Shown: piece by piece, positions 27,910-36,474 of the stretch
Layout: every line of letters starts with the position of its first letter
How positions within the stretch are numbered: the stretch's first letter is position 1
From: a virus
DNA: 64,000 bases
Direction: 5' to 3' (one strand)
IMG/VR virus record: IMGVR_UViG_3300029585_000037
Coordinates: 1 to 64,000 of that record
Translations under genes and position numbers: made by a program
The notes under the pieces: generated by a model
The model's database searches: none
Seen by the model: the letters and a program-made list of their open reading frames with translations, nothing else
Told to the model about the DNA's origin: nothing

Positions 27910-28443
27910 ATGGAAAATTTAACTTTAAAACAGGCAAGTAATTATGAATTAACTCCAGAGGGTACTGTAATCAACAAGAAGACAGGAAAGCTGATGACGG
28001 AAACAAATGGAACAGTAACACTATCTGTAGGTGGTAAGCGTAAAAGATTTAAAGTAGCTGAGTTAATCGATACAAATCAGCCTAAAAAGAAAGCTAAGAA
28101 AACAACTCATAAGAGTAAATACAAAGGCTTTAAAATAGAGAATACTGGTAATTCAGATGGGTATGTAGTAACTACTGAAGATGAGAAATTCTTTGAAACT
28201 AAGGTTGAGAAGACAGTAGGATATAGACACTGTGGTAATTTTACAAAGCTATCTTCTGCTAAAAAGAAAATAGATGAACTTGTAGAACAAGCTGAAAAGC
28301 CTACAAAAGTAAATGGTAAGATAGTTCGTAAGGTAGGTGATGAAAGAACACGTAAGGATGGTAGAGTAATGGTATGGAGTAAGACACCTACAGGATTTGA
28401 CTGGAGACGTAAGGTTGATCATAGACGTAAAGAGAACAAATAA
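27910..28443 (+). CDS. NUMOD4-like DNA-binding protein with C-terminal shared basic module; no nuclease domain seen
   Basis: N-terminus NYELTPEGTVINKKTGKLMTETNGTVTLSVGGKRKRFKVAELI resembles the NUMOD4 pattern of HNH homing-endonuclease N-termini; C-terminus KVGDERTRKDGRVMVWSKTPTGFDWRRK repeats the module at 43095 and 59681. Confidence 0.5.
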   Translation: MENLTLKQASNYELTPEGTVINKKTGKLMTETNGTVTLSVGGKRKRFKVAELIDTNQPKKKAKKTTHKSKYKGFKIENTGNSDGYVVTTEDEKFFETKVEKTVGYRHCGNFTKLSSAKKKIDELVEQAEKPTKVNGKIVRKVGDERTRKDGRVMVWSKTPTGFDWRRKVDHRRKENK

Positions 28444-28444
28444 T

Positions 28445-28774
28445 ATGAACACTTTACCATACAAAAGAAGACCTTGTAAAAACTGCCCTTTCAAAAAAGA
28501 TACGATGAAAGGGTGGTTAGGCAAGGACAGGATGACTGAAATTTTACAAGCTGATACATTCGTATGTCACAAAACAGTAGATTATGAAAAGACTGATGAT
28601 GATGGAAGAGATTTACCTGACCCTAATAGACTTCAATGTGCTGGACATATGCTAATTAAAGGTTCAGAGAATGAGTTTGTACGTACAGCTAATAATTTAG
28701 GTATTGAATTAGATTTAAATGGTAAGGATGAGGTGTTTTCATCTAAAGCAGATTGCATCAATCATCATAGTTAA
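28445..28774 (+). CDS. Cys-rich protein (CxxCPF...CH...CAGH)
   Basis: Met at 28445 right after the upstream stop; RPCKNCPFKKD..W....FVCHKT....CAGH. Confidence 0.5.
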   Translation: MNTLPYKRRPCKNCPFKKDTMKGWLGKDRMTEILQADTFVCHKTVDYEKTDDDGRDLPDPNRLQCAGHMLIKGSENEFVRTANNLGIELDLNGKDEVFSSKADCINHHS

Positions 28775-28788
28775 GAATTAAAACCGAT
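28766..28788 (+). promoter_or_regulatory. CATAGTTAAG-AATTAAAACCGAT motif (near-identical to 32554-32577)
   Basis: Overlaps the upstream stop codon; ends 6 nt before the ATG at 28795. Confidence 0.35.
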
Positions 28789-28794
28789 TAAGAA

Positions 28795-28983
28795 ATGACA
28801 TCAAAAACAAATAGTCAAGAAGTTAAGATATTCTCAGATGAAGAGACTACAGGAAAACAAGAAGTTCACTATACAAAAGAAGATGACTGGTTAGTAGTAA
28901 ACCACGATGGATATGAAATGAGTCTAAGACTTGAGAACTTTAGAAAATTAAACAAATTAGTAGAAGATACTGTAAAAGAATAG
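28795..28983 (+). CDS. hypothetical protein
   Basis: 62-aa ORF. Confidence 0.45.
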   Translation: MTSKTNSQEVKIFSDEETTGKQEVHYTKEDDWLVVNHDGYEMSLRLENFRKLNKLVEDTVKE

Positions 28984-28985
28984 TT

Positions 28986-29225
28986 ATGGCCAAATTAATG
29001 AAAGTAATATCCGAGCCGAGTGCTAACAAACATTTACCAGAACCATTTGAGATAGGTGAAAAGGTAATATATTTGGGTGAAGTAGAACGTACTGACCCTA
29101 ACACTCCAGAAACATTCTACAAACAATTCATAAAAGTTAAACGACTAAAAACGAAGTCTATAATGACAGAAAGTCGTAAACATTTTGAAGAAATAGGTAA
29201 GAAAAATGAAGGGAAACAAAAGTAA
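28986..29225 (+). CDS. hypothetical protein
   Basis: 79-aa ORF. Confidence 0.45.
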   Translation: MAKLMKVISEPSANKHLPEPFEIGEKVIYLGEVERTDPNTPETFYKQFIKVKRLKTKSIMTESRKHFEEIGKKNEGKQK

Positions 29226-29478
29226 GTTTATACGCCAAGTCGCAAAATCCGTTGTTGAAAGTGAGAATGTAGATAAGCTAATTGAAGAGATGGCAGAATT
29301 AACATTCTCACTTCTTAAATTACGCTCCAACCCAGAAAGTGAGAAGTGGTTAAAAGAAGTTCAAGGTGAGCTGTCAGATGTAAAAGCGAGTTTAGATATA
29401 AACATAAATATATTCGGCAGAAAGCAAATTGCTAAACTCCATAGAACAAAGTTATCTAAAATAAAGAAGAGATTATGA
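29206..29478 (+). CDS. hypothetical protein
   Basis: 90-aa helical ORF, 20-nt overlap upstream. Confidence 0.45.
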   Translation: MKGNKSKFIRQVAKSVVESENVDKLIEEMAELTFSLLKLRSNPESEKWLKEVQGELSDVKASLDININIFGRKQIAKLHRTKLSKIKKRL

Positions 29479-29825
29479 TACGTAAATTTTTCAGATGGAT
29501 ATTCAGAAATGAGTTAGAAAGTCTTGAACAACAAATTGAAGATAATGCTTGTATAGGAGATAAATTGCAGCAACAATATGAGCGAATGAATAATATATTC
29601 GATAATTTAGATGTATCTGTAGATTTACATCATCATGCTCCAAGCTGGGCAGTAATATCGATACAAGGTGAAAGAACAGACTACATAAAATTTGTAGATT
29701 TGGGTAATAGAGATATACGAGAAATTGGAAGATTTTTAAGTATGTTCGATAGACAAAAAGTAGATGCTAATCCCAGAGACAGAGATTTGTTAGGGATAAA
29801 AAGACAACCAAAAAGAAGATTTTAA
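29475..29825 (+). CDS. hypothetical protein
   Basis: 116-aa ORF, ATGA overlap. Confidence 0.5.
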   Translation: MIRKFFRWIFRNELESLEQQIEDNACIGDKLQQQYERMNNIFDNLDVSVDLHHHAPSWAVISIQGERTDYIKFVDLGNRDIREIGRFLSMFDRQKVDANPRDRDLLGIKRQPKRRF

Positions 29826-29827
29826 TT

Positions 29828-30337
29828 ATGAGATTATATAAGGTCATAAATAGTGAGAAATTCAAAGATGCTAAAGAGTTTCTTGAGTTAATATACAAAC
29901 AGAAAAAAGAAAACTTAGATTTTATTCGAGAAAATATAACACCTTTTGATTGGCAAATGTATAGTGGATGGAGTGGAGGTTTTTACATGTTAGAAACCTT
30001 TAATGGATTCATTCCTAAACCTAAATTAGACAAAATTCCATCAGGTTGGAAATTTGATAAGGATAATGAAGAATTGTTAGTACCTAACAAAAGAACTAAA
30101 TTAGGTAAGAAGATTTATGAAGATTTAAACAATTTACAGAATTGGAGTTTTCATAAAATTTTTGATGTTCTAAATATACATGTAGAAACTATTGGTAGAT
30201 TCACAATTCCAGGATTATATTTATCAAAAGATGAAAAAGAAGTTTATCTCAAAGTTGATTTTAAAGTAGAACTTGATGAAAAAGATTTTGAAGAAGTTAC
30301 AGTAACATATGTAAATAAAATGTTAGGTATAAAATGA
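29828..30337 (+). CDS. hypothetical protein
   Basis: 169-aa ORF. Confidence 0.55.
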   Translation: MRLYKVINSEKFKDAKEFLELIYKQKKENLDFIRENITPFDWQMYSGWSGGFYMLETFNGFIPKPKLDKIPSGWKFDKDNEELLVPNKRTKLGKKIYEDLNNLQNWSFHKIFDVLNIHVETIGRFTIPGLYLSKDEKEVYLKVDFKVELDEKDFEEVTVTYVNKMLGIK

Positions 30338-30939
30338 TCAAGGATAGAACATTTATGGATATAGCGAGGTTAATCGCAAATGAAAGTAAAGCTAAGAAAC
30401 GTAAAGTTGGAGCTATCATAGTCAAAGACAATAACATCTTAGCAGTAGGCTACAATGGAACTCCATCAGGACATGATAATACGTGTGAAGATGAAGAAGA
30501 GTATATGGGGAGAGATTACAAAGCTCATACAAGATTAGTAACCAGACCAGAAGTCCTACATGCTGAAAGTAACGCTATATCTAAATGTGCAAGATCAGTT
30601 AATAGTAGCGAGAGTGCAACGATTTACACGACTACTGCACCATGTTTAGAGTGTGCTAAGCTCATTATCCAGTCAGGTATAGTAGAAGTTGTATATGAAG
30701 ATGAATACGGCAAACCTGATGGTGTTAATTTACTATTAAAAAATCATACAAAAGTTAGAAAATTAAAAAGTAATGAAGATATATTGATTAATGATTACTT
30801 CATTTACAATAAAAGTCATAATTCAAGAAATCCTGAATGGGAATTACATAGATGTGAACAAATAGATGTAATACAAGGAGTTGGAAAATTCATAAATGGT
30901 AAATATCATCATATTTGGTGTTTTAAAATTAAAAGATAA
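30334..30939 (+). CDS. dCMP deaminase (ComEB/CDA zinc deaminase) with ~50-aa C-terminal extension
   Basis: VGAIIVKDNNILAVGYNG, HAESNAI (H-A-E), PCLECAKLI (PCxxC). Confidence 0.85.
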   Translation: MIKDRTFMDIARLIANESKAKKRKVGAIIVKDNNILAVGYNGTPSGHDNTCEDEEEYMGRDYKAHTRLVTRPEVLHAESNAISKCARSVNSSESATIYTTTAPCLECAKLIIQSGIVEVVYEDEYGKPDGVNLLLKNHTKVRKLKSNEDILINDYFIYNKSHNSRNPEWELHRCEQIDVIQGVGKFINGKYHHIWCFKIKR

Positions 30940-31289
30940 TGAAAAAATTACATAAAGACTTAAAAGAAGTCATAGACAATAATTACTTTGATCTAATTGT
31001 AAAGATTGAAAGTATAGATAGAGGTGGTATCCTTAATTATGTAAAGGATGGATCAATGTTAATATGTACGATTGATCATGACACTTCAGAGGGTATTGTA
31101 GAATTAGATTTGTTTAAAGAACAGATTAACCTACTTATCAAAAATCTGGAAGACCTTACAAACGCTTCAGTAGGCTTTATAATTCCAGATGAACAATTAC
31201 GCATATTCGAGTCAGATGAATTTGTTATAGACTACTTAGACCGTAGAATGAAGACATTTGATTTAACATTAATCCAAGAAACTGAATAA
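30939..31289 (+). CDS. hypothetical protein
   Basis: 116-aa ORF, TAATG coupling. Confidence 0.5.
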   Translation: MKKLHKDLKEVIDNNYFDLIVKIESIDRGGILNYVKDGSMLICTIDHDTSEGIVELDLFKEQINLLIKNLEDLTNASVGFIIPDEQLRIFESDEFVIDYLDRRMKTFDLTLIQETE

Positions 31290-31301
31290 TCAAATATTAT
31301 A

Positions 31302-31517
31302 ATGGCAAAGAAAGTAAGATACAGATTTAATACGTCATACAATTTAAAGAGAACTCATGCACATATGTTAAAGAATTTTGACGTAAGTCAAGTGAGTTCA
31401 AATAATACAAAACACGATGGTTACCACATGTTCTTTACAGTAAGAGATGAAGTGGAAGAGGCAAGAATAAAATCTCATTTTAAGAAAATAGGAATAGAAT
31501 TAACAAAAATATCATGA
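31302..31517 (+). CDS. hypothetical protein
   Basis: 71-aa ORF. Confidence 0.45.
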   Translation: MAKKVRYRFNTSYNLKRTHAHMLKNFDVSQVSSNNTKHDGYHMFFTVRDEVEEARIKSHFKKIGIELTKIS

Positions 31518-31756
31518 CACGTTACGCAAGAGTATCAAAAACTTATGGAGTGCCACCTAATCAAAAATTTAAAGAGCCTAATAAAAGTAAAATGGTTAAA
31601 GAGATGAAAATGGAAAAATCTAAAGAAGACATCAACAAGACTAAAAAAGAAGAGTTCAACAAAAACAAACAAGATGAGTTGAATAAGTCTTCAAGAGATA
31701 GTATCAAACCTCAAACCTTAGAAGATGGCAAAAATACTGATAGACTTTCAAAGTAA
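31514..31756 (+). CDS. hypothetical K/E-rich protein
   Basis: 80-aa ORF, ATGA overlap. Confidence 0.45.
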   Translation: MTRYARVSKTYGVPPNQKFKEPNKSKMVKEMKMEKSKEDINKTKKEEFNKNKQDELNKSSRDSIKPQTLEDGKNTDRLSK

Positions 31757-31976
31757 GCTAATAGACCTCTATTTGCTTAAAACTGTTGAAAAGGGTGAGG
31801 AATGGGATGAAAAAGAACAAGAGATGAAGTGGACAATACTCATCAATAATTCTGTTCCTGAGTCTATGGTATCGACAAAATTTCGTTTTAGATTCAATAC
31901 AGAAGAGCACCGAGACAGAGAATGGAAAGTATTGAGAGGTAAATTAGAGGGCGTAGAGTTCTTAGAAATTCTTTAA
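31725..31976 (+). CDS. hypothetical protein
   Basis: 83-aa ORF, 32-nt overlap. Confidence 0.45.
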   Translation: MAKILIDFQSKLIDLYLLKTVEKGEEWDEKEQEMKWTILINNSVPESMVSTKFRFRFNTEEHRDREWKVLRGKLEGVEFLEIL

Positions 31977-32056
31977 CAAAGTTAATGTAAATGAATAAGC
32001 CTGATGGATCGACAGGTATAATAATTTCGATTAAGTGTAATTTTAAATTTTTAATT

Positions 32057-32494
32057 ATGAAAAACCTTTTAACAATTGTGTGCTTTATCTTCTGTGTAGG
32101 ATTTGCCACGACAAGCTGGGGGATGATCCCAGAAATGGAAGACAATCCGATTGAGATTGTAGATTTAGTTGATTATGACGTAACTATTAGTGTAGCTGAG
32201 TTTACACCTGTAGATTTGCAGATTAACGATATAAATTATAATTCCTTTGTAAAGCAAGAAAATGCTGAAACTATCTTTGTAGTAACCTCTGAAAAATTTA
32301 TCGATGTAGCTGTGCCTGATATTCCTATTATGGTTATGCGATATAATGATACTTATAAGAATTTACAAGAAGATACCATACCAGATAATTACAATAAACT
32401 AAGTGCCTTTAAATACTTGAAGCGACAACATAGTGAAGTCAGTTATGATAATCCGTATATTGAAACAAAACGATTGTCCAGCTGGCGAGTGTAA
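32057..32494 (+). CDS. secreted hypothetical protein
   Basis: Met at 32057 gives the signal peptide MKNLLTIVCFIFCVGFATTSWG; terminator follows. Confidence 0.55.
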   Translation: MKNLLTIVCFIFCVGFATTSWGMIPEMEDNPIEIVDLVDYDVTISVAEFTPVDLQINDINYNSFVKQENAETIFVVTSEKFIDVAVPDIPIMVMRYNDTYKNLQEDTIPDNYNKLSAFKYLKRQHSEVSYDNPYIETKRLSSWRV

Positions 32495-32517
32495 CAAGCA
32501 ATACTATATATATTAAG

Positions 32518-32548
32518 AAAGTCCTGTCTAATTGATAGGACTTTTTTT
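32518..32548 (+). terminator. rho-independent terminator
   Basis: AAAGTCCT/AGGACTTT stem, 11-nt loop, T7 run. Confidence 0.7.
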
Positions 32549-32553
32549 ATGTT

Positions 32554-32577
32554 CATAGTTAAGTAATTAAAACCGAT
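32554..32577 (+). promoter_or_regulatory. CATAGTTAAGTAATTAAAACCGAT motif (near-identical to 28766-28788)
   Basis: Starts 6 nt after the terminator; ends 4 nt before the ATG at 32582. Confidence 0.35.
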
Positions 32578-32581
32578 AAAT

Positions 32582-32833
32582 ATGGACGGAATAACTAAAG
32601 AAACTAAACAAGATTGGAAACGTATTCGTAAAACAAATGCGTACCGATTTATGAGTAAGTATGAAGACCATGTAATTCATATAATTAAGGCTGGTCATAA
32701 GAACGCTTATAATCCAGATGAAAATATGTATTTTGTAGTACATGAAGATGCTCATATGATGAGAAATGGTGAGTGTAACTTTTTGACTAAACAAGAGATT
32801 AAGGACACATTCGATATAGACGTGGATTTTTAG
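32582..32833 (+). CDS. hypothetical protein
   Basis: 83-aa ORF between two hairpins. Confidence 0.5.
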   Translation: MDGITKETKQDWKRIRKTNAYRFMSKYEDHVIHIIKAGHKNAYNPDENMYFVVHEDAHMMRNGECNFLTKQEIKDTFDIDVDF

Positions 32834-32855
32834 ATTTTTCACCTATAATATCTAT

Positions 32856-32887
32856 ACCTCAGCGTAGTTCGTTGGGGTTTATTTTTC
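32856..32887 (+). terminator. weak hairpin terminator
   Basis: ACCTCA/TGGGGT 6-bp stem (one U-G), 11-nt loop, TTTATTTTT. Confidence 0.35.
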
Positions 32888-32910
32888 ATTCAAATTTTTC
32901 TAAATAATTT

Positions 32911-35238
32911 ATGAGTAACGTACAAATGCAAGACTTCAATTTCATCAGTAAGTACTCCCACTACTTGCCAGAGGTCGACAAAAAAGAAACATGGGAACAG
33001 AGCATCGATAGGATTTACAATATGCATATGATAAAATATGCTGACGAGATGACTCCAGAATTAGAAAGTCTAATTGAAAAAGCAAAACAAGCTGAAAAAG
33101 AACGTAAGGTGTTATCAGCTCAAAGAGTTAGGCAGTTTGCTGGAGTAGGTATTCTAAGGAATAATTGTAAATTATATAATTGTGCATCATCCTATGTAGA
33201 TAGAGTGCAATTCTTTCCAGAAATAATGTGGGTTCTGCTTTGCGGTGCAGGTGCAGGATTTAGTATTCAAAACAAACATATAAGTCAATTGCCTGAAGCT
33301 CATGATGTAGGTAATGATAAATTCTATTATACAATAGAAGATAGCATTGAAGGGTGGGCACATGCAATAGGTTATCTGGTAAACTCTTATATGAAAGATG
33401 AAAACTCAGAGTACCACGCTGCATATGGTAAAACAGTAGTGTTTGATTATAGTCTAATTAGACCTGCTGGAGCATTAATTGCAGGACAATTCAAAGCACC
33501 TGGACCAGATGGACTTAGAAATTCTATTGAAAAGATAAGAAGTATATTTGAAAAGGCAGTAGGTGGAAATAAGAAGTCGAGACAGTTATTCAGTATCGAA
33601 ATTTATGATATTACGATGTGGATAGCTGATGCTGTTTTAAGTGGTGGCGTAAGACGTAGTGCAACCATATGTATATTCTCAATCGATGATGAGGATATGA
33701 TGAAAGCTAAGACAGGGAATTGGTTTAATGAAAATCCTCAAAGACGTTTGTCTAACAATTCAGCTGCTCTGATAAGAGGCAAGGCTACTAAGGAACAATT
33801 TTTAGACATATTTAATTCTATTAAGGAATTTGGCGAGCCAGGATTTGTATTTACACCAAATGAAGATATTACATATAATCCTTGTGTAGAGATAGGTAAA
33901 AGACCTCAAACAGAAGATGGGCGATCAGGATGGCAATTCTGTAATTTAACTGAAGGTAATGGACGTTATTGTGATACTCCAGAGAAATTCTATGAAGTAT
34001 GTGAAGCATCTGCGATTATAGGAACTTTACAAGCTGGATATGATAAATTTTCATTCCTTGGAGAAATAACAGAAGAGATAGTTGCACGTGAAGCCTTACT
34101 TGGAGTGTCTATTACAGGATGGATGATGAATCCAGATGTATTATTTGATAAAGAAGTGTTGAAAAAAGGTGCTAATATAGTTAAGGAAACAAACGCAAGA
34201 GTTGCTGATATAATAGGTATTAGACATGCTGCAAGAACTACTTGTACAAAGCCTGCAGGCAACAGTTCAATTCTATTAGCTACATCTTCAGGAATACATG
34301 GAGACCATTCACCGAGATATATCAGACGTATTCAAGTTAATAAAGACGAAACAGCTGGACAAGTTTATGCTGAAACTAATCCTTTCGCAGTAGAGCAGTC
34401 TGTATGGAAACACACTGATAATATCGTATCTTTTGCAATAAAATCTACAGGTGGAGCTAAATTTAAAAAAGAACTTGTAGGAATAGAACAATTAGAATAT
34501 GTTAAGCATGCACAAAAGTACTGGGTTGAAGAGGGTACTCGACAAGAATTATGTGTTGATCCAGAGACCAGACATAATATATCTAATACAATACAAGTAG
34601 CTCATGACGGATGGGATAAGGTAGCAGATTATGTTTGGGAAAACAAAGATTATTTCGCTGGTATTAGTTTCTTGGCAGCTTCAGGTGACTTAGATTATCC
34701 TCAAGCTCCATTTAGTCAAGTGCTAACTCCAGAAGAGATGGTGAAAGAGTATGGGTCAGGTGTAGTCCTTGCTTCAGGTTTAATCGTAGATGGTTTAAAA
34801 GCCTTTGAAAATAATCTTTGGACTGCTTGCGACTATGGATTAGGTCGTATGAAGTTAGAATTCAACAAAGAGAAAGCAATAGAACTTATTTCAAATAATA
34901 CAAGAGACAATGACAATGGAGATATTTTCTTCAGCTACATGATAGAGGGTGTTATGGTTACTGATATAAATGCTGTTATTGGTCATGTAAAGAATAAGTA
35001 TGATGAAAAGATAGATTGGGTAAGACGTTTCCAGAAATTCGCTAAGTCTTATTTAGATGGAGATTTACAAAGAACTGCATATTGTTTAAAACATGTATCA
35101 TTATGGCATTCTTGGTGTAAGCTAAGAAATGAGATGAAAGAAGTGGATTGGAACAGCGTTAGTTTTAAAGATGACTACATCGCATCTGCTGCAGATAATG
35201 TAGCTACAGCTTGTGCAGGTGGAGCTTGTGAAATTTAA
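32911..35238 (+). CDS. nrdJ: Class II (adenosylcobalamin-dependent) ribonucleotide reductase
   Basis: 775 aa; YNPCVEIGK (NPC.E catalytic Cys/Glu), FCNLTEGN, C-terminal redox pair CAGGACEI. Confidence 0.8.
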   Translation: MSNVQMQDFNFISKYSHYLPEVDKKETWEQSIDRIYNMHMIKYADEMTPELESLIEKAKQAEKERKVLSAQRVRQFAGVGILRNNCKLYNCASSYVDRVQFFPEIMWVLLCGAGAGFSIQNKHISQLPEAHDVGNDKFYYTIEDSIEGWAHAIGYLVNSYMKDENSEYHAAYGKTVVFDYSLIRPAGALIAGQFKAPGPDGLRNSIEKIRSIFEKAVGGNKKSRQLFSIEIYDITMWIADAVLSGGVRRSATICIFSIDDEDMMKAKTGNWFNENPQRRLSNNSAALIRGKATKEQFLDIFNSIKEFGEPGFVFTPNEDITYNPCVEIGKRPQTEDGRSGWQFCNLTEGNGRYCDTPEKFYEVCEASAIIGTLQAGYDKFSFLGEITEEIVAREALLGVSITGWMMNPDVLFDKEVLKKGANIVKETNARVADIIGIRHAARTTCTKPAGNSSILLATSSGIHGDHSPRYIRRIQVNKDETAGQVYAETNPFAVEQSVWKHTDNIVSFAIKSTGGAKFKKELVGIEQLEYVKHAQKYWVEEGTRQELCVDPETRHNISNTIQVAHDGWDKVADYVWENKDYFAGISFLAASGDLDYPQAPFSQVLTPEEMVKEYGSGVVLASGLIVDGLKAFENNLWTACDYGLGRMKLEFNKEKAIELISNNTRDNDNGDIFFSYMIEGVMVTDINAVIGHVKNKYDEKIDWVRRFQKFAKSYLDGDLQRTAYCLKHVSLWHSWCKLRNEMKEVDWNSVSFKDDYIASAADNVATACAGGACEI

Positions 35239-35260
35239 CAAACAATTAAAACAATAATTT

Positions 35261-35701
35261 ATGTCACAAAAAGTAAGAGTAGTAGCTGAGAATGGAGTTC
35301 AGTTACCTAAGTATGAAACAGAAGCATCTGCTGGTATGGATGTGAGAGCAAATATCACCGAGCCAGTAGTATTAGAGTCGATGGAAAGAGCACTCATTAA
35401 AACTGGTTTGTCTATTGAATTACCAGTAGGTATGGAGTGTCAAGTAAGACCAAGAAGTGGTTTAGCCTATAAGCAAGGAATTACTGTATTAAATGCTCCA
35501 GGCACTATTGATGCAGATTATAGAGGTGAAATTGGTGTAATTCTTGTTAACCTATCTAATGAGAATGTAACTATACACCCTAATGACAGAATAGCTCAAT
35601 TAGTATTCGCTAAGCATGAAAGAATACATTGGATATCAGCTACAGAGTTATCTGAAACAGAACGTGGCTCTGGTGGTTTTGGTTCTACTGGTAAGTCATA
35701 A
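35261..35701 (+). CDS. dut: dUTP diphosphatase (trimeric dUTPase)
   Basis: [48 protein letters not shown]: all five dUTPase motifs. Confidence 0.95.
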   Translation: MSQKVRVVAENGVQLPKYETEASAGMDVRANITEPVVLESMERALIKTGLSIELPVGMECQVRPRSGLAYKQGITVLNAPGTIDADYRGEIGVILVNLSNENVTIHPNDRIAQLVFAKHERIHWISATELSETERGSGGFGSTGKS

Positions 35702-35725
35702 TTTGTATTTTACTTCCATCCCTGA

Positions 35726-35760
35726 AAGGACATTCTGTAATGGAGTGTCCTTTTGTTTTT
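35726..35760 (+). terminator. rho-independent terminator
   Basis: AAGGACA/TGTCCTT stem, 13-nt loop, TTTTGTTTTT. Confidence 0.6.
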
Positions 35761-35782
35761 ACAAAGTTTTCTTATACAAAAC
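35758..35782 (+). promoter_or_regulatory. partial class-A-like motif
   Basis: TTTACAAAGTTTTCTTATACAAAAC matches the first 25 nt of the class-A motif but lacks the CGAAYTTAGC end. Confidence 0.3.
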
Positions 35783-35790
35783 AAACAAAA

Positions 35791-36183
35791 ATGAAAGCAA
35801 AAGTGATTTTAGCAATAGTATTATTTGTGTTAAATACTATATTATGCTTAGGGCAAAGTGGGATAGCTATAAAGGGTGATGATACTTTTACAGAAGAGGA
35901 CAAAAGGATAGGTAAGGAAATCATAATTCTGAGAAATATACGTCAGGCTATGCAAAATTCTTGTGATTCAATACAATTTTATTCAGTTCAATATTACAAT
36001 GTTCCACAAGATGAATGGAATAGTATAGATAAAAAGATACTGTTTTTTCAAAAAGAGTTGAAGGAACGCATAAATACATATAATCTTCAGTCCAGAATAT
36101 TCTTTATACCTTATAAAAGATTACAGGTTGTTGGATTAAAACAAGAATACAGCTATGAAAATTTCACTTGTATATCCGAATAG
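35791..36183 (+). CDS. secreted hypothetical protein
   Basis: Met at 35791 gives the signal peptide MKAKVILAIVLFVLNTILCLGQSG. Confidence 0.55.
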   Translation: MKAKVILAIVLFVLNTILCLGQSGIAIKGDDTFTEEDKRIGKEIIILRNIRQAMQNSCDSIQFYSVQYYNVPQDEWNSIDKKILFFQKELKERINTYNLQSRIFFIPYKRLQVVGLKQEYSYENFTCISE

Positions 36184-36237
36184 AGCATTTACAAGGTTAT
36201 TAGTAGTGTATAATATAAATTTTAAATACAAATCATT

Positions 36238-36441
36238 ATGGCAAAAGATGCAATTATGGCGTATAACGTCAAGAAAAAAGAAAAAGAAGAGATGCAAGAT
36301 GCAGTCATCGACAGAAATGGTAAGCGTTGTTTCGCTAAAGGAGTTTCTGCAGATGGAGACAAATTGTGTGTTGCAATCGGACTTGATAATGCTAAGAAAG
36401 CTATCAAGAATGGCGTAGCCACAAAAGGTGAAGGCTGGTAG
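36238..36441 (+). CDS. small basic hypothetical protein
   Basis: 67-aa ORF; preferred over two overlapping alternative-frame ORFs because of normal composition. Confidence 0.45.
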   Translation: MAKDAIMAYNVKKKEKEEMQDAVIDRNGKRCFAKGVSADGDKLCVAIGLDNAKKAIKNGVATKGEGW

Positions 36442-36474
36442 TCTAACTTTAGATTGATTAATAGCTCAATCGTT

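Noticed and set aside
35616-36422. ORFs 35616-35879 (+), 36155-36418 (+) and 36222-36422 (-)
   Set aside because: The first runs through the dut 3' end, a terminator and a promoter-like motif. The other two overlap the better-behaved 36238-36441 ORF in other frames and have odd composition.
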